Source: Malacoraja senta
Lineage: Eukaryota
Direction: 5' to 3'
Length of the DNA stretch: 64,000 bases
Assembly: GCA_038087875.1 (NCBI GenBank)
Contig: CM075990.1
Coordinates: 14,076,001-14,140,000 of the forward strand
In this document: piece after piece, positions 13,593 through 26,379 of the stretch
Layout of the letters: every line of letters begins with the position of its first letter
Position numbering within the stretch: the stretch's first letter is position 1
Position numbers and translations under genes: made by a program
Notes under the pieces: generated by a model
The model's database searches: none
What the model was told of the DNA's origin: nothing
Seen by the model: only the letters and a program-made list of their open reading frames with translations

Positions 13593-13722
13593 TAGGAAGG
13601 AACTGAAGATGCCGATTTAAACTGAAAACAGACACAAAATGCTGGAGTAACTCAGTGGGACAGGCAGCATCTCTGGACTGAAGGAATGGGTGACGTTTCG
13701 GGGTGAGACCCTTCTTCAGTCT
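13593..13722 (-). mobile_element. Penelope-derived single-arm insertion
   Basis: 14-bp TSD ACTTTGATTATGTT (13579-13592 and 13723-13736). Confidence 0.8.
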
Positions 13723-15324
13723 ACTTTGATTATGTTGGCTGTTTATTCCGAGGTCTAGATGGTGAGATGGGAGTCTGGTCTGTGGAACTATGAATGTTGT
13801 TGAATATGCTTAATCCATCCATATATTTAATAGTGTTGTTGCCATAACAACCCTCCTGATGCACTCTGTTTATTCACCCACTTCCTTCACCCACCACTGC
13901 AGGCTGTGCCTTCAGCTGAGTAGGCTGCAAGCAATGGAATTTCCTCCCCAAACCTCTCAGTCTCACCAGCTCTCTGTTCCTTTAAGACCAGTTAAAACCT
14001 TTATTCCAGCTACTTATGATATCTCATGACTGTCTCAGCCAACATTTCTATCTGATTATGCTGCTGTGAAGTGCCTGGGGACGTGCTAAAGGTGGTGTGG
14101 GTTGGTGTTAATGCCTAGCTGAGGTTAGCTCATAAGAAGTGTTGCCAGCACTTTTAATATGGAACAGAGTCGTTTCACATCCACTACTCCCAAGGCAACA
14201 GTTTTAGTGAGTGGCCCCACCTCATCGCAGCTTCAACAGCCCGGTCCTTCACATTGCAACACACAGAATGACACTCAAAGTTCTTCACTTGCAGAGATCT
14301 CACTTAATAACATGAGAGTTGTGGGGAATGTTTAAACAGCACAATAAAATCCAGACAAACGGTTTTAATAAACATGAGCTCCCACCAGTGAAGCGCCTTG
14401 CAACAATAATCATTTAAAAAAATGAACTTGGAGTTTTAGAAAGTAAATATCCCCAGATTTCCTTCAGCTTGTGAAGCACTTGCCAATTCAAGGAAAGAGT
14501 TTAAATCATACTTTCTCTTTCTGTATATTATACTGTCGCTGCCAAACAGCACAGCGTTGCAGCAGGTGGAACTGCTGCCTCACAACGCCAGAGACCCGGG
14601 TCTCATCGTGACCTCGGCTGCTGTCTGTGTGGAGTTTGCACATTCTTCCTGTGACTGTGTGGGTTTAGTCCCACATCCCATACACGCAGGGGTTTGTCGG
14701 TTAACCATCGTCACTTCCCATGTGTTCGGAAGAATGAACATCGAAGCTTTTTTGCGGGTTTAACATGATAGATGCAGGGATGGTAATTCTCGGAACCCAG
14801 TCTACCATCTGAAAATAATGGGTTAACTGGTCAGAACGAATGAGACAAGAAGAAATGTTGTCACCAGGAGTTTGGGGAATTCGTTACCCAGGAGGGATGT
14901 CAATACTCTTTTAGTTTTGTTTACTTTAACAGTTTATTATCACGTGTACCAAGGTACAGTGAAAAGCTTTTTGTTGCATGAGAAAAGACTCGACATGATT
15001 TCTATGAATTGGGCAGTGGTGACTTAGACAGATACAATGGTTGCATTGAAGAGGCTTTAGAAAGGATATGCAGGGAATGGAGGGTCACAAATCACATATT
15101 GGCAGATGGAATTAGTAACCTTGGTATCAAATGCGGCATGGGCATTGTGGGTCGAAGGGTCTGTTTCTGCGATGTACTGTTCCATCTTCTATGTTTTAAG
15201 GGAAATGGAATTAATGTACCATTCAAAATTGTACTCACAACTTTCTGGAGGTGATGAATCATCCTTTCCAACTCATGGGAACCTCTGGTCCATAACCACT
15301 CAAGATGGAGAAGGAGCATTCAGG

Positions 15325-16288
15325 ATGGTATTGAGAAGTTTGGCATGTCCCCAACGACTCTCACCAACTCCAACAGATGCCACGTGGAAAGCATTTTATC
15401 GGGAAGCATCAGAGCTCGGTTTGGGAACAGCTCCATCCGAGACATCAAAAAAATGGAACAAATTGTGGACGCAGCCCAGACCATCACACAAAACAACCTC
15501 CCTTCCATTGACTCCATTTATATCTCACGCTGCCTCAGCAAAGCCAACAGCATAATCACGGACGAGTCGTACCCTGGCCACTCCCTCTTCTCCCCTCTTC
15601 CATCGGGCAAAAGGTATAGAAGTGTGAAAATGCACACCACCAGATTCAGGGACTGTTTCTTCCCAGCTGTTATCAGGCAACTGAATCATCCTACCACAAC
15701 TTGAGAACAGCCCTGAACTACTATCTACCTCATTGGTTCGATCGCCCGGCGTGGGGGAGCTGACATTCCCCCGATGCGGGAGCAGGTCGCCTCGATGCGG
15801 AGGTCCAGAACGCCGCCGGCTACGGGAGTCAAGACCGTCCTGTTAACGGACGGCTCGAGGCCCCCGACCGAGGAAGAACAAAAGGAAGGACTTGAACTTT
15901 ATTTCTCCTTCCATCACAGTGAGGAATGTGTAGGAGTCACTGTGGTGGATGTTCATTTTAAAATGTGTTTTTTGAGTGATTTGTTGCTTTAAATTGTATG
16001 ACTGACCTGACCAATGAAATTCCTCGTATGTTGCAAAACATACTTGGCGAATAAAATGTGATTCTGATTCTTATTCTGATTCTGATTCTGATTGGTGACC
16101 CTCAGACTATCCTTGATTAGACTTTACTGGCTTTACTTTGCACTAAATGTTATTTCCTTATCATGTATCTGTACACTGTAAATGGATTGTAATATATATA
16201 TATATTGTCTTCCCGCTGACTGGTTAGCATGCCACAAAAGCTTTTCACTGTAGCTCGGTACACGTGACAATAAACTAAACTGAACTGA
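15325..16288 (+). mobile_element. Rex1/Babar LINE 3' fragment
   Basis: RC.VESILSG.I...FGNSS...LPSIDSIY.SRCL.KA..I..D...PGHSLFSPLPSGKRYRS...TTRFRDCFFP. The 3' UTR ends GTGACAATAAACTAAACTGAACTGA. Confidence 0.88.
15738..16090 (+). mobile_element. GC-rich non-autonomous retroposon fragment in a Rex1 3' UTR
   Basis: 6-bp TSD ATTGGT (15732-15737 and 16091-16096). The empty site CTCATTGGTGACCC is present in the related copy at ~47577-47590 (minus). (ATTCTG)n tail. Confidence 0.8.
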
Positions 16289-19265
16289 GAACCTCATGAA
16301 TCAGGAACACAAAAAGGCCTTGTATTAGCAGCAGAAAGAGTGGCCACGTCACAAACTACCCACTCACCTGCCCCATCAGCACCCTCCTGCCTCATTAGGA
16401 CAAGGGTCTGCAGGCCCCATGTTGGCCTCATCAGCACCATCAGAGATGGAGTGGGAGCGTGTCTTGCTCAATCCCTTTGGACTGCCCAAGATGAAGAAGC
16501 ACATCTCCTGTTGTTATAAACGGCAAGGTAAAATCCTGCAAGTCAGAGCACGGAGCAAACTGAATACATTTTATGAAGGAGGCCAAATTGCAAAGCTGCC
16601 ATGGTCATTGACAGTGGCTAATTTGTAAAACCACCCTACATAAGAGATCAGCAGATATTGCAGGGAATGAAAACTCATCATTAGACACACTCATGGGCAA
16701 TAATAAAATTTGTGTGTACGGTGTTAGGAATGTCATATAGGATTGGATTCAATACAGCAGGTGACTAATCACAGATGGTATCACACAAAGCACTCTTGTC
16801 TCCAGGAGCAGCTCGGCTGGCTGAGAGAGAGTGTTTACCAAGCACTCCACTTTATCTCATCTCCAGCAGCTTCTCAATCTACCCACTCCAATCCCAGGGA
16901 GGGAGAGCTCCTGCAGCAAGGGTGTAGACTGCGATGGTAATCTAATCTGGTTGCACCCGTTGTAATCAGAATTTACAGATTCAATGCCATTGAACGTGTT
17001 CAGAGCAAATGGGGGAATATTGGGCTGAGTTTGACTGGGGTCCTGATTATGTATCCTTCACTGTGGCGACGGACAGACACATTGTGCAGGTTAGTTGTGG
17101 ATGTGATGGGGAGGATCTGTGGCTGGATGTGTATATCATTCACTGAGTTGCGAGGGCAGAACTAAGGCGTATTTAGCACGCATTGTGTTTCCTATTCAGC
17201 CCGTGTCTGATAAGAGCTGAGTCTCACTCTGACAGGAGGACAATGCCCCCCGCCTGACCTCAGAGTGAACCTCTTCACTAATTCATAGCTTTGTTGCTTT
17301 GATGTTGATCCTGGGCGATCTAATCCCCCCCCCCCACCCCTCCCCCTGGCTCCCCTGCCCACCCACCCTTCTCGATTCATTCCATCACTTGATTGTCAAG
17401 CTGGACATGCATGGGGGGGTGATTGGACGGAATGTGGCAGGGTCGGGAATGGGAGTTGATGGAGGGAACCACAGACGGTGACAAAGCCAGAGCACCAGAC
17501 CCAAAGGGGGAGGGAAACGTGTCGAAGAATCAGGTCGGAAGTTCCTCCTGACATGTAGCACAATTTATTCTTGCCGAAAAGCTTGCTTCCGTCCATCTTC
17601 AAGGATCCAAAGACAGACGCAAAAAGCTGGAGTAACTCAGAGGGACAGGCAGCGTGTCTGGAGAGAAGGAATGGGTGACGTTTCGGGTCGAGACCCTTCT
17701 TCAGACTGGTTCGGGACCAGGTCCAAGTTCCCTTCCTGTGGGTGACTTGGGGGACGGGTGGGGGCGTCTCCCTCACCAATTAAATCCCGGGGAAGAACCC
17801 AATCTCACCTTGGGTCAAATCCCCACACAGCAACCGAATCAATCACATCCCCAGTCCTGCTTCCCTGTCTGCAAAGAGGCCACTGACCAACTAGGTAGAG
17901 ATGACCATTGCTGGTTTGACCCCAGTTGGCAGAGGTCATTGGCCAAAGGGGCTGTTTCCACACTATGTGCATCTATGACTCCATTAGCCCTGGTGTTGCC
18001 CACATTTCATGAATAGGTTTAAAACCTGCCTTGCGACACAACCACTTTAAAACACTTTGAGAAGAACTCTGAGACTTAAACTCCCTTAGACTCCCTTAGG
18101 TCAGAGGATGGACATGGAGTGTGGACGGGGACAGGAACCTAGCTGGATGCCCTGCAAATTGGGGTGGAAAGAGGCTGGGGTATGGGAGTTTCAGCTGCTT
18201 CTCAAAGGGTTGTCCGGCTTCTGCCTGTGGTATCAATCCCAAGGGGAAATGGTTTAGTGTAGAGATACGGTGCAGAAACAGACCGAGTCTGCACTGACCA
18301 GCGATCCCCGCACATTAACACTATCCTACACGCACTAGAGACAATTTACACTTATACCAAGTTATTTCACCTACAAACCTGTACGTTTTTGGAGTGTGGG
18401 AGGAAACTGAAGATCTCGGAAAAACCCCACGCAGTCACGGGGAGAATGTACAGACACCATAGAGACAGCACCCGTAGTCGGGGTCGAACCCGGGTCTCTG
18501 GCGCTGCAACTTTACTGCTGCGACACCATGCCGTTGTAAAGGGAGTGGGGGTTGAGGGGGAGATGGAGGAGGGTAGGAGGAGGTTATGTTGTCGGGGTTT
18601 GAGTTGAGGATAGGGTTGAAGAGGAGAATAGTGTTTGTAGATGGAATCGGGAGTTGAGGGGGGGAAGGAGACTCAGGAGGGAAAAGAGGTTGAGGGGGAA
18701 ATGAAAGGAGCTGGGATTGGGTTGAGGGGAGAGGTATGGGTGGGTTGTAGAGAGAGGGTTTGAGTAGAGAGGAGGGATTGGGGAAGGGCAGGAGAGTTAT
18801 GTCAAGTGCCCTGAAGCTAATATTTACCCCTTAGTCAATGACACTGAAACAGATCATCTTGTTATTTTCACTGCCGTCCAAATCAAGTCAAGTTGAGTTC
18901 ATTGTCATATGCACATGAGCAGTGAGATACAGGTTCAATAAAAATCTTGCTGGCAGCAGCTTTATAGGCACATAGACTCAGATAACGCACAAAAACATAC
19001 TTAACTTGCACAATAAATTCTATGTAACAGTAAAATTAAAATACTGTTGCTTTGGAGCTGGCATTAACTAGCACTGCATATATATGCCCTCCAAAAATAC
19101 TGCTCTGAATAGAATGGATAGAGTTCTGTAAAAATGTGAATCATTTATTGGTGTATGTAAAACCTATCCTGGTAGACAACCACTAGAAGGTGGCTGTACA
19201 GCACATTGCAAATCAGTAACTGTTCAGTCGGAATGCTTATCACGAGCTGGAGTCTCGTTTTTTTT

Positions 19266-19574
19266 TTAGTTTAGTTTAGAGATAAGTGTGGAAACGGGCC
19301 CTTCGGCCCTCCGAGTCCGCGCTGACCAGCGATCCTGCACAATAACACTATCCTACAGACACTAAGGACAATCTTACATTTATACCAAGTTAATTGACTG
19401 ACAAACCTGTACGTCTTCGGAGTGTGGGAGGAAACCGAAGATCTCGGAGAAAACCCATGCGGTCACGGGGAGAACGCACAAACTCCGTACAGACAGCACC
19501 CGCAGTTGGGATCGATCCAGGGTCTCTGGTGCTGTAAGTGCTGTAAGGCAACAACTCTACCGCTGTGCCACAGT
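19266..19574 (-). mobile_element. tRNA-derived V-SINE (HE1-like), near full length. Representative of at least 15 copies (e.g. ~200-345, 1381-1686, 11250-11420, 13210-13370, 14548-14705, 18252-18532, 30580-30794, 34200-34525, 38355-38638, 49645-49850, 54053-54330, 55238-55527, 61195-61445)
   Basis: A/B-box-like head (TGGCACAGCGG ... GGATCGATCCC), V-domain-like core (GGGTTTTCTCCG..TCGGTTTCCTCCCACA.TCC.AAGACGT) and CR1-like tail GGGCCGAAGGGCC.GTTTCC...(CTAAA)n. Confidence 0.85.
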
Positions 19575-21760
19575 GGAGCTGCAAGAACTTGCACAGGAAC
19601 ACTCTTCCTGCTGGGTTTGCAGCGAAGGTGCCAAGACTAAATACAAATTAATCTATCAACATGAATGAAACAGAATTGTCCCGATCTGCAGAGAGGGAGA
19701 ACATCAGGAGATGTGTTCGCTTATCAAACAGCAAATTGTTCCCAGGGACTGGAAAGGGTTAAAGAGCAAGTGTGTGCTTTTGCAAAGTTGTTTTGCTTTG
19801 TGTCCTGCCTGCCCTCGGCAGCTCACTGTGCTGGGTCTAGGTGTGCCCGTGACTGTGGAACAGGACACTCTCCCTGTACCACCCAGGACAATTAACTGCT
19901 GAGAACCAGGCTAATGACTCTCTTCCCACACACAGACCCAGGCTGGCCTGCGCTGATACTTTTACTTGTTGGCTACTCGTCCTCCCCTGGGCTTTTTCCG
20001 TCGAGGAAGTGTCTCGGAAGCCCTGGCCTTCCTGTTCACACTGTACCACACCACAAGTTCCCAGTTGGGTGTGTTTCTCTGCAGAATGCTGGCAAGGTCC
20101 AACAGCAACACTGATTAACCCTTCGCACCTCTCTTTATTGCTTTCTTCTGCACTGGTTCATTTCATTCCCACTCACTTTAGTGCCAGAGACTTGACCTGA
20201 GCCGTCATCTCTCCATGTCCCTCCATAAATACTGTCCGACCTGCTGACCTCCTTCAGTAGTTTGCCTTTAACTCACTTTAGTGCTAAACCACTGCTTCTC
20301 CCAATTCGTCAAGGAAGAGCCCTGGAGGCACAAGGAACTGCAGATCAAGAACCTCGAGCAAAACACAAAGTGCTGGAGGAACTCAGCGGGTAGGGCAGCA
20401 TCTGTGGAGCGAATGGGTGGGTGACGTTTCGAGTCAGGACCTTTCTTCAGATGGTGCCTGACCTGTTGAGTTCCACCTGGCACTTTGCTCAAGAGCTTTG
20501 GAGAGATACAGCCAAACAGCCTTAAAGGACAGAAACAGGCCCTTCAGCCCATCCAAGCCCTTGCTACCCATCTTGTACCTGTCAACAATGTATCCTGCAA
20601 AAGCAAAGAATACAGGTTTCCTCAGTCTTAAGTACTGCTCTATGCAATGCCCTGCAATTGAGCACATCTATTCATTCACCTTATTGCTAAAGGTGGGATG
20701 ATGCTGTACAACAAATGTCTGCTGCACTGGGCTGCTTAAAATTCAAGGTGAATGTAAATCACTTTGGGCACTCTGCGGTCACAAAAGACTTGGAGTCATA
20801 GAGTGATACAGTGTGGAAACAGGCCCTTCGGCCCAACTTGCCCACGTCAGCCAACATGTCCCAGCTATAAACTAATGAATGAATGAATGAATGAATAGGT
20901 TTATTGGCCAAGTATGTACACATACAAGGAATTTGCCTTGGTGCTCTGTTCGCAAGTAACAACATGACATAAAACGTCAAACATTAAAACATTAAGAATG
21001 AAACATTATAGTTTAAACATGTGAATGAAATAAAATACCAGAGCAAAAGGAGGCTACAGGCTCGTGGGAAAAAGCTGCTTTATGTCTGGCCGTGGTGGCT
21101 TTGACAGTCCAGAGTCGCCTTCCAAAATATAACTCTTATTTTAAGTGTGCTAGCTGGTTCTGCATTTTATTTTTTTTAAACTGGGTATTTCCGTGCTTTC
21201 CTCAAGGCGTGCAATCCATGGGGGCAACAAATTCCCCCACAGGATTGAAGAAGTGGCTGAGCCCTCCTGGACAAGTTTCCCAGCCTCACCACAAACCCTG
21301 AAAGCGGAAGCCAACGAGATACGGAGAATCAGACAGGAGCAGGAAGAAATAGGAAGTTCTTCAGCCATACAATGGGCTGCACAGCGACACAGGTTTCATT
21401 CTGCCTTCATAAGTTGTGTGGATTTTGCACGTTCAACCCCGTGACTATGTGGGTTCCCTATTTGTGCTCTGATTTCCTCGCACATTGCAAAGATATGCTT
21501 TGTGGCAGCTAAATGCTCATTGTTAACAGGTCCGTAATGTGTAGGTCAGTGGAAGAACATGGGGAAAGTTGATGGGAATGTGTGGAGAATAAAGGGTCCC
21601 GACCCAAAACGTCACCCATTCCTTCACTCCATAGATGCTGCCTCACCCGCTGAGTTTCTCCAGCATTTTTGTCATCCTTGAATTAATGCAGGATTAGTGT
21701 AAAAGGTATAAAAGGTTAGTGGACACTCAGTGTGGACTCTTTGTGCTGAAGAATCTGTTA

Positions 21761-22075
21761 AGGGCCTGTCCCACTTATGCAACTTTTTCGGCGACTGCAC
21801 CCATCAGAGGTCGTTGCAGGTCGCCGAAAATGTTCAACATGTTGAAAATCCAGCGGCGACCAGAACAAGGTACGACTCTTTGGGCGACTACTCACGACCA
21901 TAGAGGCTTCACCCCGCGACATGTCGGCAGTATGGTCGTGAGTCGTCTCCTAGTCACCCAAAGAGTCACAGTGTCTTTCTGGTCGCCGCTGAATTTTCAA
22001 CATGTTGAACATTTTCGGCGACCTATGACGGGTGCTGGCAGTCGCCAAAAAAGTTGCGTAAGTGGGACAGACCCT
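21761..22075. mobile_element. Palindromic Harbinger-type MITE (315 bp)
   Basis: TTA TSD at 21758-21760 and 22076-22078. TIRs AGGGCCTGTCCCACTTA / TAAGTGGGACAGACCCT. Arms of ~140 bp are imperfect inverted repeats. Confidence 0.9.
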
Positions 22076-24354
22076 TTAATGTACTGTGTTCTTCACTGCC
22101 ACTACAAAATAATACTTGATTCTTGACCAACTCCATCAAATGATCTTCATATCCTTACACCTGTTAACACTTTGTTAGATTTGTTACCTTACCCATGAAT
22201 ATATTCCATGCCGAACATCCATAGTTCTCTGGGGAAGAGGATTCCAATTTTTCACATGAGATAATTTGTGTCCATTTGAGAGGGTCTTAGTTTACCATCT
22301 CATTCACAATGTGGCACCTTCAACAGCTCAGCACTCCATCACTGGAACAAAAATGGAACACCATAAAGATATGTCTCATTTTACTCCTAAATGGGTGACC
22401 TCCCCATTATCCCAAGACAATACCACAGCTCTGAAATCCTCAGCCTAATGAAACAGCCTGTCACCAACAGCACTCATTCTTTATCCGTTTCAAAAAGATC
22501 ATTCTTCGCTTTATTTACAAGAAGAATCTGGATCAATAAGCAACTGAAAAGAAAGTTGTAAAAGCAGGTTACTAATCGCCAATTTGAGCTCTCCTCAACC
22601 AAGTTAATTAAAACATAAAGATATTCATTCTCTTGGACTGCCTCTCAGCTCATCTGCAGTAGAAAACATTGTCTGTGCCTTTGTTACTCCATATATTACT
22701 CTTCCAGCCGTATATTACTCTCATATATTACTATATACTGCCATGTATTTCTCTCCCAGCCAACCTCCCTTAAAGCCAAGACTATCCTGATATCAATGTG
22801 TCCTAACTCATTACCCCTGTGCTCTTTGAACTACACAAAGTCTAGGTTAAACAACTCGGTTTTTAAATTATTGATTTCGAATCCACTATGATCTTCCCTT
22901 TCCTATGTTTTTGACCTCCTTTGTGACCAAGAAAGTTCAACTGTAGCCTTTCACTCATCATTAAATGTAACTAATCCTTCATTAGTGACCCGGTTTCTAG
23001 CTTCTGAAAATCCTTCCTTAATCCCTTGCCTCGTTAAATCCCACCTTCTCTTTGTCCTGCCTAACACCTGGCTTGGTGCCAATTTTTGTTTGCTAATGCT
23101 GCTTGTGACATTTTATTGGTGTGTTAAAGATGTTCAATGTGGAAGACAATGTGGGATATTGACACCACTGGTGATACTGGCACTCGCTGCAATGCCATGC
23201 TTCCCTGAGAAGACAGGCAGTGGACAGCCTTCATGTACTGATTTGGTAAATCACTTTGGTGTCAACCATGTTGCCATTTTTGCCACATGTGGGCCAGATG
23301 ACAGATGTCCTTCCCTGGGGAAGATTTGTGAACCCAATGGGTCTTTGTGATGACCTGGTCGCTGCAATGTCAATTTAACTGATTTATTTTCAGATGTTTT
23401 ATAGAATTTCCAAGATGTGATTTGAACTTAAGTTCCCCTTGGTTAAACCTCCAGCCTCTCGGTTTACGAGCCAAGTAACATACCCACCTGTATCCATAGA
23501 TCCTGGCACAATCTGCAGAATCCATGTATCATGAAGAAAGTAGCTTGGAAGTATTGGAGCAGTGGAAGCTCTCCCAATGTATGAAGTTCTCAGAATCCCT
23601 GTGCATTACAGTGCTTGTGATAACATCCATTCCACAACTTAAACTTGCCCCTTGCCCTTCTGCAAACCTTCCAACAATTCCTGGCACTGTAATTTTGTAA
23701 TTCTTCCCCAACGGCCAACTATGATCAACTGTAGTCTTCTTGGAGGTTTCTTCACATGAACTCTTTCCTTTCACTCACAACTGGCCAACTGTGAACAGTT
23801 GTAACCTTGGAGGGTTCATCAAGTGAGTTCTTTGCTTTAACAGCCCACTGGCCAACTATGATCAAGTTGTATCCTATTTTGAGATTTTATTGTGTAACCT
23901 CTTTTCTTTAACTGCCCTACCTAGTCAAATGGACTTTTTCTTAGTTGAAATATTTTTTTATACCTGATGCCAGACTATTCAAGAAAATTCAAGATAATTA
24001 AGAGAAATACCATTTTTATGTGCTATTTGCTCCCTCTAATTTCACGAGACTCCTGGAGTCCTAGCAACCTCAGTTTTTATTAACAATGACTGTGTTTGTT
24101 TTAATGCACTGTTCCAAACCCACAAAGGGGTATTCCAAAAAAAATACTTGGGAATAATTAAAAAAATAGGAAATAAGAACAGTGGGTCTGGAAGCCTCTA
24201 TGGGAAGAACTTGAGTTTGGCCAGAAATCTATTCCATAAATTGTAAACAATGAATAATAATGTATTGTTGCCAGTTCCCAACTGGCCCACCCAAGCAGCT
24301 CACAGCCATCTTCTCTTGGGCAATTAAGGATGAGCAATAAATGTTGGCTGGCCT

Positions 24355-24600
24355 CCAGTCTTGTAGTTTCTGAGGTGGCGAATGAGTTTAGTGAGGGAAC
24401 TCCACAGTCTTCCACAAATGGGACATATGGTAGGTGACAGGATGTGAGGTGGTATGTTGCGTCCACTGCTAATGCAATGTGTATGCTCCTCATGCATGGA
24501 CTCAAGGTTCTCACTACTAGTCTGCATATGCCTCTATTTTGAGCGATCATGGGCCAGAGATGTCCTGGGATTCAGTGGGAATCTTGCATTTCTTTAATTC
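24355..24600 (-). mobile_element. Degenerate RTE-like LINE 3' fragment
   Basis: LKKCKIP... followed by CPICGRLWSSLTKLIRHLRN, like the C-terminal zinc-finger of RTE ORFs. Confidence 0.55.
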
Positions 24601-25417
24601 AGGTCTCATTTATTGTCACATGCAAAGTTTGTTTTGTAGACAATAAAATGCCGGGACGTATATAACTGTTCACAGAAAGCTCTAGTCTGCTTTATGTCAA
24701 TGGCGTTTTTGACTTTTCAGAGGTGCTAGAACTGTCACCAAAAAAATCCCACTGATCGATTGTGAGGTGAAAGAAGTACAATGAAAATCATGTTTGTAAC
24801 AACATCACATGCCCTAGATTCAGACAACACATAAAAACATGAATTATCATAAGATCATAAGTGATAGGGGTACAATTAGGCAATCAAGTCTACTCCACCA
24901 TTCAATCATGGTTGATCTATCTCCCTCCTAGCCCCATTCTCCTGCCTTCTCCCCATAACCTCTAACACCCATACTTATACATAAATTCTTCAAGACAGTG
25001 AAGAGATAAAGACCGTACAGAAAAAAAACTAGACATTGGTGCAAAAACACAATTAGAAAACTAGTCTTTGGTAGAGCAAGATTTTAAATTGCTTTCATTT
25101 AGCAAGTCTGGGCTTCAGCAGAAACTCTGACCATCATCATAAGAGAAACAATGTTTTTGGTGGATTCAACAGCAAAAACGCTTTTTATGTTCGTGCTATG
25201 TTAGTCCATGTTTCTGTAACTTTAATCTAATTTAATCTACTGTTGATATCACAGTGAAACAGCTGCAGTGATGTATGGTAGTCACCAGATGGCTAATTAG
25301 TGCTATTATTATCCAGAAGTAATCACAGGATTAGGTGAGTGTCACATCCCTTCACCAACTAGACTTTATATAGCACCTTTAAAGTTGAATAAAGCATGCT
25401 AAGATGTTTCATATCTT

Positions 25418-25611
25418 GAGGAGAGGGGGAGAGGGGGAGAGGGGGAGAGGGGGAGAGGGGGAGAGGGGGAGAGGGGGAGAGGGGGAGGGGGGGAGGGGGG
25501 AGGGGGGAGAGGGGGAGAGGGGGAGAGGGGGAGAGGGGGAGAGGGGGAGAGGGGGAGAGGGGAGAGGGGGAGGGGGAGGGGGGAGAGGGGGAGGGGGGAG
25601 AGGGGAGAGGG
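25418..25611. repeat. (GGGGGAGA)n tandem repeat; second G-run tract at 25857-25918
   Basis: Directly visible. Confidence 0.97.
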
Positions 25612-26379
25612 TCATGGAGATGAAAGACCTCAAAAAGAGTTGGTGCAGGACTGAGGGTAAATAGGGAATTCCAGAGCATTAAAAGCATACAATAGAACAT
25701 AAATACACCTCATCAGGAGAGAGAAACAGAGTTAACATCAGGATTGTTTTGTTAAAAAAGACACATAGTGTGGAGTAACTCAGCAGGTCAGGCAGCATCT
25801 CCGGAGAACAAGGATAGGCGACATTTTGGGTTGGGACCCTTCTTCAGGCTGATTGTAGGGGGAGGGGGAGGGGGAGGGGGAGGGGGGGAGGGGGAGGTGG
25901 GGGGGGGAGGAGGGGGAAGAAAGCTGATTGTGAGAGAATACTACAATTGTATGTGATGATTCCAGAATGAGAGATAAAGACTGAGTGAGAGAAGAAAAAT
26001 AACTGCAGAAAGTAAAAGGAACGAGGGACAATCTTTGCTTGCTTCTGGAAAGGTTTAAAAAAACTCTTGTTTACTGCTGACCTAGATCAGTCACTGAATT
26101 CACCAACCAGATAAAATATCCCCATGATCCCTTGGGCAAGATGTTTAAAGTCTGTGTGTTACATTCCATGGAGTGCTGCTTCAGGTGAGATGACAACACA
26201 CTAAATGTAGGTTGGTTAACACCTGAGCCAAATAATTGACAGGAGTAGGGCTTTCCGGTGCATTAGGTATACATATCATGATACGTCAAGCACAACATGT
26301 TGCAACATAGCTTTGGGCTATTCAGCCCATCATGCCTGTGTCGTTTTTAATAGAACTATCTAAAGAAGTCCTCCACCTC

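Noticed and set aside
16368..16507. Possible minus-strand exon (acAG ... CAG|GTGAGT)
   Set aside because: All three frames hit stops and the peptides resemble nothing I recognise. A non-coding exon is not excluded.
19500..19574. tRNA gene
   Set aside because: The A/B boxes belong to a SINE head followed by a V-domain and LINE tail, and there is no complete cloverleaf.
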